Below are positions 1-8,460 of a DNA stretch of 15,477 bases, piece by piece (position 1 is the first letter of the stretch; each line of letters starts with the position of its first letter). This DNA comes from Myxococcota bacterium (GTDB taxonomy: Bacteria; Myxococcota_A; Polyangia; Polyangiales; Sandaracinaceae): contig JAYZQJ010000051.1 in the NCBI GenBank assembly GCA_036149055.1, positions 1 through 15,477 on the forward strand, written 5' to 3'. A program made the position numbers and the translations under genes. Below the pieces are notes generated by a model that was not told the DNA's origin, ran no database searches, and saw nothing but the letters and a program-made list of their open reading frames with translations.

Positions 1-127
1 TTCCCGTCCTCTCCTTCCTCGTTTCCGACCTTCCTCCCTTCCCCGGAGTAGGAGCCCGACGCCTCTCCCCCATTCTTCCCGTCCTCTCCTTCCTCGTTTC
101 CGACCTTCCCCGGAGTAGGAGCCCGAC
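1..127. repeat. Pyrimidine-rich direct repeat, 2 copies (1-60 and 76-127; first copy may be truncated by the window edge)
   Basis: Both copies read ttcccgtcctctccttcctcgtttccgaccttcc[tcccttcc]ccggagtaggagcccgac. They are identical except for one extra 8-nt unit in copy 1. Confidence 0.9.
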
Positions 128-223
128 CGGCGCCGGGTGAGGCCGTGCTGCCAGTGGAGTTGGCGCCTGGCTCTCGGACGGCCCCGCCGCGGCTCCGGCA
201 CGTGGATTGCCGTGTCCCTCGGG

Positions 224-1018
224 ATGCGCGCGTTGATCTTGGCCACCCTCCTGCTCGGCTGCGCCTCGGAGTCCGCGGCTGAAGACGCCGCGGTCGAGGA
301 CGGGGGCTGCACGCGGCCGGGGGCCGATCTCTCGCTCGGGCCTCATCCGGATCGGATCCGATGCCCTCCTCCTCCGCGGGATCGCTCCGGGGTCCGGCCG
401 TCGACGCACGCGGTGATCGACGCGCTCGAGCAGCTCGACGCGGCGTACTGCGAGGAGCGGCGCGCGCGAGCGTCGCGCCTCGATGAGGACCGCTGGCGTG
501 GTCAGCGGGAGTCGCTCGAGCGGGGGATCGAGCCGAGCTTCGACGAGCTGGGCATCACGCAGCTCCGGCCGCTCCCGATGGAGCCGCTCGAGGGCTGCGG
601 CGAGGCGGCTCGGCTCGCGTCGTGGGTGGAGGGGCACCTCGATCTCTTCGCGGTCGACGCGGACGCGATCGCGCCGCACTCGCTCGGGACGGGCGAGATC
701 CGGGGGACGTTTCGCCAGCGATGGCGAGGCTTGCCGGTGCTCCGGAGGGGGCTGCCGGCCGAGCTCGTCGTCGGTCTCCCGGCGTGGGGCGTGCGGTCCA
801 GCCTGATCCCCTCCTGGGCGATGCCCGCCTCGCCGGAGCCGCGGGTGACGCCGGAGGAGGCGCACGCGCGGCTCGACGAGGCGCGGCGGCCCGCGGGGAG
901 GCTCGGGCTGTTCGTGGACTGGCGAGACGGGTGGGGGCCGCGCGCCCGCCTCGTCTGGCTCGGGCGCGGTTGCCTGGTCGACGCGACCGACGGGAGCCTG
1001 AGCAGCTGCGCGCCTTGA
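224..1018 (+). CDS. Putative lipoprotein with FTP/PepSY-like (M4/M36 protease propeptide-like) motifs and no catalytic domain
   Basis: Within ORF 137..1018. ATG at 224 gives MRALILATLLLG-C, a lipobox-like signal peptide. FRQRWRGLPV resembles the FTP motif; PRVTPEEA and ARLVW...LVDATDG resemble PepSY motifs. No HExxH. Confidence 0.55.
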   Translation: MRALILATLLLGCASESAAEDAAVEDGGCTRPGADLSLGPHPDRIRCPPPPRDRSGVRPSTHAVIDALEQLDAAYCEERRARASRLDEDRWRGQRESLERGIEPSFDELGITQLRPLPMEPLEGCGEAARLASWVEGHLDLFAVDADAIAPHSLGTGEIRGTFRQRWRGLPVLRRGLPAELVVGLPAWGVRSSLIPSWAMPASPEPRVTPEEAHARLDEARRPAGRLGLFVDWRDGWGPRARLVWLGRGCLVDATDGSLSSCAP

Positions 1019-1058
1019 CCGAGGGGGCGGCGAGCAGTAGCGCTAGCGCCACTCCCCC

Positions 1059-1628
1059 ATGCACGTACGCCGTCACGCCGTCACGCTCGCCGTCGCCCTC
1101 CTCCTCGCCGCGGTCGCGCCGCGCCTCTACGCGCAGGCCACGCGGGTGGCGGTGGTCGATCTCCAGCGCGCGCTCACCGAGACCGAGGACGGCCGGCGCG
1201 CCAAGGCGCGGCTGAAGCGCACCTTCGAGGCCCGGCAGCGCACGCTCGACGCGAAGCAGCGCGAGCTGAAGGCGCTCCAGGAGGAGATCGAGGCGCAGCA
1301 GAAGGTGCTCTCGCCCGAGGCGCTCCAGAAGCGGGTCGAGGCGTTCCAGAAGGCCTACATGGAGCTTCAGTCGACGTACATGGAGTACCAGCGCGAGCTG
1401 GCGTCGAAGGAGGCGGAGCTGACCCAGCCGATCCTCAGCCGCATGCAGGAGATCGTGCAGCGCATCGGGCAGTCCGAGGGCTACACCCTGATCCTGGAGC
1501 GGAACGAGTCCGGGGTGATCTGGGTGCCGGCCAACCTGGACCTCACCGACATGGTGATCCAGCAGTACAACGCGTCCAGCAGCGAAGGCTCCAGCCGGCG
1601 CGGTCGGCGCAGCTCCAAGCGGCGCTGA
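1059..1628 (+). CDS. skp: OmpH/Skp periplasmic outer-membrane protein chaperone
   Basis: Signal peptide, then RVAVVDLQRAL..TEDG, a long coiled coil, and C-terminal GYTLILE...DLTDMVI, all typical of OmpH. Confidence 0.93.
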   Translation: MHVRRHAVTLAVALLLAAVAPRLYAQATRVAVVDLQRALTETEDGRRAKARLKRTFEARQRTLDAKQRELKALQEEIEAQQKVLSPEALQKRVEAFQKAYMELQSTYMEYQRELASKEAELTQPILSRMQEIVQRIGQSEGYTLILERNESGVIWVPANLDLTDMVIQQYNASSSEGSSRRGRRSSKRR

Positions 1629-1711
1629 CGGGGCGGAGCCGCCGCCCGGCTGCGGGCGCGAGACAGCGGCCCTTCCCCGGACCCGTGAGGCCGTGTGAAG
1701 ATGCAGGCGCG

Positions 1712-2185
1712 ATGGACTTCGACATCAACCGCATCCTCCGCATCCTCCCGCACCGCGCCCCGTTCGTGCTCATCGACCGGGTGACCGAGCTCGCGCCGCG
1801 GCAGAGCGCGAAGGCGGTGAAGTGCGTCACCTACAACGAGCCCTTCTTCCCCGGGCACTTCCCCGGGGCGCCGATCTTCCCCGGCGGCCTGATCCTCGAG
1901 GCGATGGCGCAGCTCACCGGCGTGCTCGCCTACGCGTCGGATCCCTACGACAACGCCCAGAAGGTCATGTACTTCCTCGGCGTGGAGGAAGCGAAGTTCC
2001 GTCGGCCGGTCATCCCCGGCGACCGGATGGACGTGGCGGTCGAGGTCGTGCAGCGCCGCTCCAACATCTGGAAGGTCGCCGGCGAGGTCTCGGTCGACGG
2101 CAACCTCTGCGCGAGCGCCAAGCTCCTCACCGCGCTGACGGACAAGGGCGACATCCCCCAGGGCTCGGGCTTCCACCAGGGCTAG
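1712..2185 (+). CDS. fabZ: 3-hydroxyacyl-ACP dehydratase FabZ
   Basis: [44 protein letters not shown] and [10 protein letters not shown] motifs. Start taken at ATG 1712 (MDFDINRIL). Confidence 0.95.
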   Translation: MDFDINRILRILPHRAPFVLIDRVTELAPRQSAKAVKCVTYNEPFFPGHFPGAPIFPGGLILEAMAQLTGVLAYASDPYDNAQKVMYFLGVEEAKFRRPVIPGDRMDVAVEVVQRRSNIWKVAGEVSVDGNLCASAKLLTALTDKGDIPQGSGFHQG

Positions 2186-2188
2186 CGC

Positions 2189-2395
2189 TCAATCCACGAG
2201 CAGCAGGCGACGCAGGGCGCGGAAGCGGCGGCGCTCGTCGTCGTCGAGCGAGTCGGGGTCGCGGGCCTCGAACGCGGCGCGCTCCGCGTCGAGCTCCAGC
2301 CACTGTTCGCGGCCGAGCTTGGGCAGGTCGGGCCCGCCGAAGTAGACGTGCTTGTCGACGTAGTCGAGGAAGCGCCGGTGGGCTCTCGGGTCCAT
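2189..2395 (-). CDS. Small hypothetical protein (~68 aa)
   Basis: MDPRAHRRFLDYVDKHVYFGG...RRLLLVD has protein-like composition and exactly fills the fabZ-tolC gap, converging on fabZ. Start taken at ATG 2395. Confidence 0.65.
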   Translation of the reverse strand: MDPRAHRRFLDYVDKHVYFGGPDLPKLGREQWLELDAERAAFEARDPDSLDDDERRRFRALRRLLLVD

Positions 2396-2447
2396 GACGG
2401 GTCGTAGCGCGCTGCCGCGGTGCCCACCATGTGCTACCACCGGCCCC

Positions 2448-3848
2448 GTGCGGCGGCCGGTCCTCGCGTCCCTGTTCTGCGTGATCTCGGCGCTGCTGTG
2501 CGCCCCGCTCGCGGCGCAGCAGGTGGAGGACGAGGCGCCCGCCGAGACCGACGGCGCGCCCCCGGTGATGGACGTGGCCCAGCTCGTCCGGCACGCCGAG
2601 CGCAGCTACCCGGGGGTCCGCGCCGCCCACGCCCGGATCCGGGCGGCCCGGGCGCAGCTCGACGAGGCGTGGGTCTCGCCCTTCTTCCAGTCCTGGATCA
2701 CCGCGGGCGTCTCGCTCGCGCCCGAGGTCCGGGGCAGCCCCATCTTCAGCCCCGACCCGCAGCTCCCGATCGACAACCCGTGGCAGCCGGTGCTCGGCTT
2801 CTCGATCGAGGGCGTGGTGCCGCTCTGGACCTTCGGGAAGCTCCCGGCGGCGCGCGACGCGGCCCGGGCCGGCATCCGGGCGGCCGAGGCGGACCGGACC
2901 CGGGTGCGGCAGCAGCTCCGCTACGACGTGCGCCGCGCCTACTTCGCGCTGCAGCTCGCGCTCGATCTGCGCCAGATGTTCGACGAGGGCCTCCCGGCCA
3001 TCCGGGACGCGGCCACCCGGCTCGAGGAGCAGCTGGCCGAGGGCGACACGGACGTCAGCGAGCTCGATCAGTACCGGCTGGAGACCGCGCTGGCCGAGAT
3101 CGAGGCGCGCGACGCCGACGCCATCCGGCTCGAGGAGACGGCCCGGCAGGCGCTGCGCATCCTGACCGGGGTCCGCCACTTCCAGATCCCGGCCTGCCCG
3201 ATCGAGCCGGTCGAGGTCGTGCTCGAGCCGCGCGCGCACTACGTCCGCCAGGCGACCGGCCGCCGCCCCGAGGTCCGCATGCTCGAGGCCGCAGTGCGCG
3301 CCCGCCAGGCCGGGCTCGACGTGGCCCAGGCGAGCTACTTCCCGGACCTCGCCCTCGCCTACCGCTTCGGCACCACCTACGCGCCGGGCATCACCGATCA
3401 GGGCAACCCGTTCGTCATCGATCAGGCGAACTACACCTCGATCCAGGCGGGCCTCGTGCTGCGCTGGTCGCTCGATCTCTGGGGCAACGCCTACCGGGTC
3501 GACCGGGCGTCGGCCCTCCTCGACGACACCCGGGAGCGCTCCCGCGAGGCCGCCCGGGGCCTCGAGCTGGAGGTGTCCGAGGCGTACGAGGCGGCCCGGG
3601 CCGCCCAGCAGCAGGTGGAGGCCTGGGCGCGCGGGCGTCGCTCGGCCCGCCGCTGGTTCATCGCCGCCGCCCAGGGCCGCGACGTGGGCACCACCGAGCC
3701 GCGCGATCTGGTCGACGCCGCCCGCGCCTACTTCGGCGCCCGCTACGGCCACCTCAAGGCGATCCACGACTACAACGCGGCCCTCGCGAACCTCGAGCGG
3801 ACCTCCGCGGACCGCCTCGCGGACGCGTGGCAACCGCCTTGCGAATGA
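2448..3848 (+). CDS. TolC-family outer membrane efflux protein
   Basis: Signal peptide from GTG 2448. Two OEP repeats: PLWTFGK...DVRRAYF, and RRPEV...ASYFPDLAL...WSLDLWG...YNAALANLE. Confidence 0.9.
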   Translation: MRRPVLASLFCVISALLCAPLAAQQVEDEAPAETDGAPPVMDVAQLVRHAERSYPGVRAAHARIRAARAQLDEAWVSPFFQSWITAGVSLAPEVRGSPIFSPDPQLPIDNPWQPVLGFSIEGVVPLWTFGKLPAARDAARAGIRAAEADRTRVRQQLRYDVRRAYFALQLALDLRQMFDEGLPAIRDAATRLEEQLAEGDTDVSELDQYRLETALAEIEARDADAIRLEETARQALRILTGVRHFQIPACPIEPVEVVLEPRAHYVRQATGRRPEVRMLEAAVRARQAGLDVAQASYFPDLALAYRFGTTYAPGITDQGNPFVIDQANYTSIQAGLVLRWSLDLWGNAYRVDRASALLDDTRERSREAARGLELEVSEAYEAARAAQQQVEAWARGRRSARRWFIAAAQGRDVGTTEPRDLVDAARAYFGARYGHLKAIHDYNAALANLERTSADRLADAWQPPCE

Positions 3849-3933
3849 GCCGTTCGGGTCCCACGGTCCGTCTCTCCCGCGGAGGCGCGAATACCGCCGG
3901 CCCCCGCGCGTCGAAGGCCAGACGTTGGACATC

Positions 3934-4539
3934 ATGCACACGCTGAGACTCGCCCTCGCCCCCCTCCTCGCCGCCCTGATCCTGGCCCCCGCGCTCGACG
4001 CCTCGGCCCAGACCGGCGCCCGCGCCTACCTCGAGCGGCGCCACGAGGAGGTGAACCGCATCCTCCGCACCCCCGCCGGAGAGCGCCGCTCGCAGCGCCT
4101 CACCCGGCTGCTCAACGAGCTGATCGACTACGAGGCCCTGTCGCGCGAGGCCCTCGGTGAGCACTGGGAGGCCCAGTCGGCCGAGGAGCGCCAGCGCTTC
4201 GTCTCGCTCCTCCGGCAGCTGGTCGAGCGCAACTACGAGACGAACCTGGAGCGGATCCTCGACTACGAGGTCAGCTACGAGGGCGAGCGCCGTCGGGGCG
4301 ACCGCACGGTGGTGACCACGAGCGCCCGCTCCCGCGCCCAGCGCCGCCAGCCCCCGGTGGAGATCGCCTACGCGATGGTCCAGTCCGGCAGCGACTGGCG
4401 CGTGGTCGACGTGACGACCGACGGCGTCAGCATGGTCCAGAACTATCGGAACCAGTTCAGCCGGATCATCGACCGCGAGGGCTGGGCGGAGCTGATCAGC
4501 CGCATGGAGAGTCGCCTGGAGCAGGGCGCAGACGGCTGA
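3934..4539 (+). CDS. MlaC/Ttg2D (HpnM-like) periplasmic lipid-binding protein
   Basis: Signal peptide; IDYEALSREALGEHW....EERQRFV and WRVVDVTTDGVSMVQNYRNQF are MlaC-family signatures. Confidence 0.9.
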   Translation: MHTLRLALAPLLAALILAPALDASAQTGARAYLERRHEEVNRILRTPAGERRSQRLTRLLNELIDYEALSREALGEHWEAQSAEERQRFVSLLRQLVERNYETNLERILDYEVSYEGERRRGDRTVVTTSARSRAQRRQPPVEIAYAMVQSGSDWRVVDVTTDGVSMVQNYRNQFSRIIDREGWAELISRMESRLEQGADG

Positions 4540-4625
4540 AATCCCGTGGATCGGCGCGGCTTTCCGAGCTAGGTTTCGCTCGCCTCGCCGGCCCTCGTCC
4601 CCCGCCGGCGGGACCGAAGGGCCAG

Positions 4626-5138
4626 ATGCGACTCTACAGCGGAAAAGTACCCGTCATCGCCGACGAGATCGTCGGCACCCTGGTCAAGGATCAGGACATC
4701 GAGGTCGCCGACCACGCCGAGGTCAAGCTCGACATCGAGGCGGTGATGAAGGAGTACCTCCGGCAGGATCGCGAGATCCTCGAGGAGGCGAAGAACCGCA
4801 TGGAGATCCGCGGCCTCCCCTACAGCCAGCTCGGCAAGATGAAGTCGATGGTGGCCCGGGAGCGCCAGGTGCCCATCGGCGACGAGATGCTGCCGTACAT
4901 CCTCGAGCAGCTCCTCACCATGCTCTTCCACAGCCAGAACGTGGAGGAGGTCTTCTCCGACGACATCGTCCTGCGGAAGAAGATGACGAAGATCATGCGG
5001 CGCCACCTCGATCTGGAGGGCGAGCTGGACCAGGAGGTCCGCTCGAAGATCAAGAACCTCCAGGAGGGCACCGCGAGCTTCGAGATCGAGTACCAGCGCG
5101 TGATGGACGAGATCAAGCGCAAGAAGCGGCTGACCTGA
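4626..5138 (+). CDS. DUF507-like protein
   Basis: 170 aa, charged and helical, beginning MRLYSGKV and ending LDQEVRSKIKNLQEGTASFEIEYQRVM...KRKKRL. Strong coding codon bias; lies upstream of yicC-gmk. Confidence 0.75.
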   Translation: MRLYSGKVPVIADEIVGTLVKDQDIEVADHAEVKLDIEAVMKEYLRQDREILEEAKNRMEIRGLPYSQLGKMKSMVARERQVPIGDEMLPYILEQLLTMLFHSQNVEEVFSDDIVLRKKMTKIMRRHLDLEGELDQEVRSKIKNLQEGTASFEIEYQRVMDEIKRKKRLT

Positions 5139-5148
5139 GGGCGGGCGC

Positions 5149-6042
5149 GTGAGCGACGCCACCGGCATCCGGAGCATGACCGGCCACGGCGTCGGCGAGG
5201 CGCCCCTCGGTCAGGGGCGCGTGCTCGTCGAGATCCGCGCCGTCAATCACCGCTACCTCGACGTGCGCGTCAAGCTCCCGACCGACGTCGCCGAGCACGG
5301 CGGCGCGGTCGAGGAGCGCGTGCGCAAGTCGCTCCGCCGCGGCCGCGTGGAAGTGCAAGCGAGACTGCAGGGCGACGTCTGCGGCCCCCCGGCGCTCGAC
5401 GTCGACCGCGCCCGGGCGGCCTTCGGGCAGCTGAGCGCCCTGCGCGACGAGCTCCGCCCGGGCGAGCCGGTGCCGCTCTCGCTGCTGAGCTGCGTGCCCG
5501 AGCTGTTCAGCGCCTCGAAGGAGAAGGACCACGAGGCCTCACGCGACGCGATCGTGGCGGCGACCGACGCCGCCTGCGCCGAGGTCTGGACGATGCGCGC
5601 CCGCGAAGGCGAGGCCCTCGCCGCCGACCTCGCCGGCCACCTCGACGCCCTCCTGGCGCAGCTGGCCTCCGTCGAGGCGCGGGTGCCCGAGATGGTCGAC
5701 GGCTACCGGCACAAGCTCCGCGCCCGCATCGAGCGGCTGCTCGAGGACGGCGACACGAGCCTCGACGCCGGGCGGCTCGAGCACGAGGTCGCCCTCTTCG
5801 CCGACCGCGCGGACATCGCCGAGGAGATCACGCGGCTGCAGAGTCACGCCGCGCAGATGCGCGCGCTCCTGCGCGGCGAGGGGGAGACCGCGGGCAAGCG
5901 CCTCGACTTCCTCCTGCAGGAGATGACGCGCGAGACCAACACGATCGGCAGCAAGAGCGCCGACGCGTCGCTGGCGCAGGCGGTGGTCGAGATGAAGGCC
6001 GCCGTGAGCCGCATGCGCGAGCAGGCGCAGAACATTCTGTAG
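5149..6042 (+). CDS. yicC: YicC/YloC family endoribonuclease
   Basis: IRSMTGHG, EIRAVNHRYLD, RRGRVEV, DIAEEITRL.SH, GKRLDFLLQEM.RE.NTIGSKS and REQAQNI motifs. Confidence 0.95.
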   Translation: MSDATGIRSMTGHGVGEAPLGQGRVLVEIRAVNHRYLDVRVKLPTDVAEHGGAVEERVRKSLRRGRVEVQARLQGDVCGPPALDVDRARAAFGQLSALRDELRPGEPVPLSLLSCVPELFSASKEKDHEASRDAIVAATDAACAEVWTMRAREGEALAADLAGHLDALLAQLASVEARVPEMVDGYRHKLRARIERLLEDGDTSLDAGRLEHEVALFADRADIAEEITRLQSHAAQMRALLRGEGETAGKRLDFLLQEMTRETNTIGSKSADASLAQAVVEMKAAVSRMREQAQNIL

Positions 6043-6055
6043 TAGGTTCTCCGCG

Positions 6056-6661
6056 ATGGAAGAGCCGCTGCTGCTGATGCTGTGCTCGCCGTCCGGAGCG
6101 GGCAAGAGCACGCTGACGCGTCACCTGCTGGGCGCGTTCGCCGACCTCATGTTCTCGGTGTCGCACACCACGCGCTCGCCGCGCGAGGGCGAGCGAGACG
6201 GGGTCCACTATCACTTCGTCGAGCGCGCGCGCTTCGAGGCGATGCGGGACGAGGGGCGCTTCGCCGAGCACGCCGTCGTGCACCAGAACCTCTACGGCAC
6301 CAGCACCGACGAGATCGAGCGGGCGAAGCGCGACGGCAAGACCGGGATCATCTTCGACATCGACGTGCAGGGCGCGCGACAGATCAAGGCGCGGCTCCCC
6401 CAGGCGGTGGGCATCTTCATCCTGCCCCCCTCGATGGAGGAGCTCGAGCGTCGCCTACGAGGCCGCGGCACCGACGCGGACGCGGTCATCGCGCGCCGCC
6501 TCGCCAAGGCCCGCGACGAGATCGCCTGCTACCCGTCCTTCGACTACCTCGTGGTCAACGACGACCTCGACCGGGCGAAGGCCACCGTGAGCGCGATCGT
6601 CATGGCCGAGCGCGCCCGCCGACGACGCGTGGCCGAGGCCGCGGAGGCGCTCCTGCGCTGA
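6056..6661 (+). CDS. gmk: Guanylate kinase
   Basis: P-loop SPSGAGKST, SVSHTTRSPREGERDGVHYHF, DIDVQGA, IFILPPS.EELERRL.GRGTD and FDYLVVNDDL. Confidence 0.97.
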   Translation: MEEPLLLMLCSPSGAGKSTLTRHLLGAFADLMFSVSHTTRSPREGERDGVHYHFVERARFEAMRDEGRFAEHAVVHQNLYGTSTDEIERAKRDGKTGIIFDIDVQGARQIKARLPQAVGIFILPPSMEELERRLRGRGTDADAVIARRLAKARDEIACYPSFDYLVVNDDLDRAKATVSAIVMAERARRRRVAEAAEALLR

Positions 6662-6667
6662 GGAGCG

Positions 6668-8437
6668 ATGGCGGCCCTCGCGACCGCGGCGGTGCTGATC
6701 TGCTTCGCCCTCGGCTACCGGTTCTACGCGCGCTGGATCGGGCGGCGCATCTTCCAGATCGACGACGACGTCGAGACCCCCGCCCACGCGCTCGAGGACG
6801 GGCGCGACTACGTCCCGACCGACAAGCACATCCTCTTCGGGCACCACTTCACGTCGATCGCCGGCGCGGCGCCGATCATCGGGCCGTGCGTCGCCGCCTA
6901 CTGGGGCTGGCTCCCCGCGCTGCTCTGGGTGGTGCTCGGCACGCTCTTCATGGGCGCGGTGCACGACTTCGGCGCCCTGGTCGCCAGCGTGCGTGAGCAG
7001 GGGCGCTCCATCGGCGATCTCGCCGGCCGGGTGATCAGCGGCCGCGCCCGGGTGATGTTCCTCTGCTTCGTGCTGGTCCTCGTGTGGCTGGTGCTCGCGG
7101 TGTTCGCGATGGCCATCGCGGGGCTCTTCGTGTCGCAGCCCAGCGCGGTGCTCCCGATCAACATCGAGATCGTGATCGCGGTCGGCATCGGCTGGCTGCT
7201 CTATCGCAAGAAGATGAAGGCCCTGGTCCCGTCGCTGATCGCGCTCGGGCTGCTCTACGTCTTCGTCTGGCTCGGCACGATCTACCCGCTCGACCTGCAG
7301 GACCTCGGCCTCTCCCGCGCCGGGGCCGAGCGCACCTGGATCGTGCTCCTCTTCGCCTACTCGGCGGTGGCGAGCCTGCTCCCGGTCTGGCTGCTGCTCC
7401 AGCCCCGCGACTACATCAACAGTCACCAGCTCTTCGTCGGCCTCGCGCTGCTCTTCGGCGGGCTCTTCGTGGCCCACCCCCAGTTCGACGCGCCCGCCGT
7501 CCGCACCCTCGAGGAGGGCGCGCCGTCGGTCTTCCCGCTCCTCTTCGTCACCATCGCCTGCGGCGCGATCAGCGGATTCCACGGCCTGGTCTCGAGCGGC
7601 ACGACGAGCAAGCAGCTCTCGAAGCTCCGCGACGCGCGCTACGTCGGCTACGGCGCGATGCTCGGCGAAGGCAGCCTCGCGCTCGCCTCGACCATGGCCG
7701 CGGTCGCCGGGGTGGGCATGGTCGCGGCCTGCGCCCTCCCCGGCCAGGGCGAGGTCGCGGACCTGAGCTGGGCCGTCTACTACGACAGCTGGGCGCACGC
7801 GGGCGCGAACAAGGCGGCCGCCTTCGTGCTCGGCGGCGGCGCCTTCCTGGAGGCGCTCGGCCTCCCCACCGGGCTCGCGCGCACGCTCATGGCGGTGCTC
7901 GTGATCTCGTTCGCGGCCACGACCCTCGACACGGCCACCCGCATCCAGCGCTTCATCCTCGCCGAGCTCGGCGGGGCCCTGAAGCTGAAGCCCCTCGAGA
8001 ACCCCTACGTCGCCACCGCCCTCGCCGTGCTCCCGGCCGCCGCCCTCGCCTTCGTCGACGTCACCGACCCGGCGTCGGGCGAGGTCCGTCAGGCCGGCTG
8101 GGTGCTCTGGCCCATCTTCGGGGCGAGCAACCAGCTCCTCGCCGCCCTCACCCTGATGGTGCTCGCCCTCTACTTCGCCGCCCGCCAGCGCCCGGTGCTC
8201 CCCCTCGTGATCCCGATGATCTTCGTCACCGTGGTCGCCCTCCTCGCGCTCGTCGGCAAGCTCCAGGACTTCGTCGCCCACGGCAACTGGCCCCTCGCCG
8301 CCCTGGCCGCCGCCATGCTCGGGCTCACCGTCTGGATGCTGCTCGAAGCCTTCGCCGCCCTGAAACGGAAACGAGGAGGGCTTCTTTCCTCCGACTCGCA
8401 GGAAGGTCGGAAGGTAGGAAGCGAGGAAGAGAGATGA
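6668..8437 (+). CDS. cstA: Carbon starvation protein A family peptide/pyruvate transporter
   Basis: TPAH..EDGRDYVPT, LFGHHFTSIAGAAPIIGP, LPVWLLLQPRDYIN, FVTIACGAISGFHGLVSSGTTSKQ and WPIFGASNQLLA; many transmembrane segments. Confidence 0.95.
   Translation: MAALATAAVLICFALGYRFYARWIGRRIFQIDDDVETPAHALEDGRDYVPTDKHILFGHHFTSIAGAAPIIGPCVAAYWGWLPALLWVVLGTLFMGAVHDFGALVASVREQGRSIGDLAGRVISGRARVMFLCFVLVLVWLVLAVFAMAIAGLFVSQPSAVLPINIEIVIAVGIGWLLYRKKMKALVPSLIALGLLYVFVWLGTIYPLDLQDLGLSRAGAERTWIVLLFAYSAVASLLPVWLLLQPRDYINSHQLFVGLALLFGGLFVAHPQFDAPAVRTLEEGAPSVFPLLFVTIACGAISGFHGLVSSGTTSKQLSKLRDARYVGYGAMLGEGSLALASTMAAVAGVGMVAACALPGQGEVADLSWAVYYDSWAHAGANKAAAFVLGGGAFLEALGLPTGLARTLMAVLVISFAATTLDTATRIQRFILAELGGALKLKPLENPYVATALAVLPAAALAFVDVTDPASGEVRQAGWVLWPIFGASNQLLAALTLMVLALYFAARQRPVLPLVIPMIFVTVVALLALVGKLQDFVAHGNWPLAALAAAMLGLTVWMLLEAFAALKRKRGGLLSSDSQEGRKVGSEEER
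8389..8432 (+). repeat. Purine-rich octamer array (GGAAGnnn x4) overlapping the cstA 3' end; same family as the 1-127 repeat, in opposite orientation
   Basis: ctccgactcgca ggaaggtc ggaaggta ggaagcga ggaagaga aligns with the reverse complement of 1-60: ctcctactccgg ggaaggga ggaaggtc ggaaacga ggaaggag. Confidence 0.75.
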
Positions 8438-8460
8438 AGGAGGGGGCAGGCGAAGGACCA

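Noticed and set aside
137..223. Upstream extension of the first ORF from GTG 137
   Set aside because: The signal peptide and lipobox begin at ATG 224, and the extension looks non-coding.
2127..3946. 604-aa minus-strand and 508-aa plus-strand ORFs overlapping tolC
   Set aside because: These are shadow frames with no recognisable motifs.
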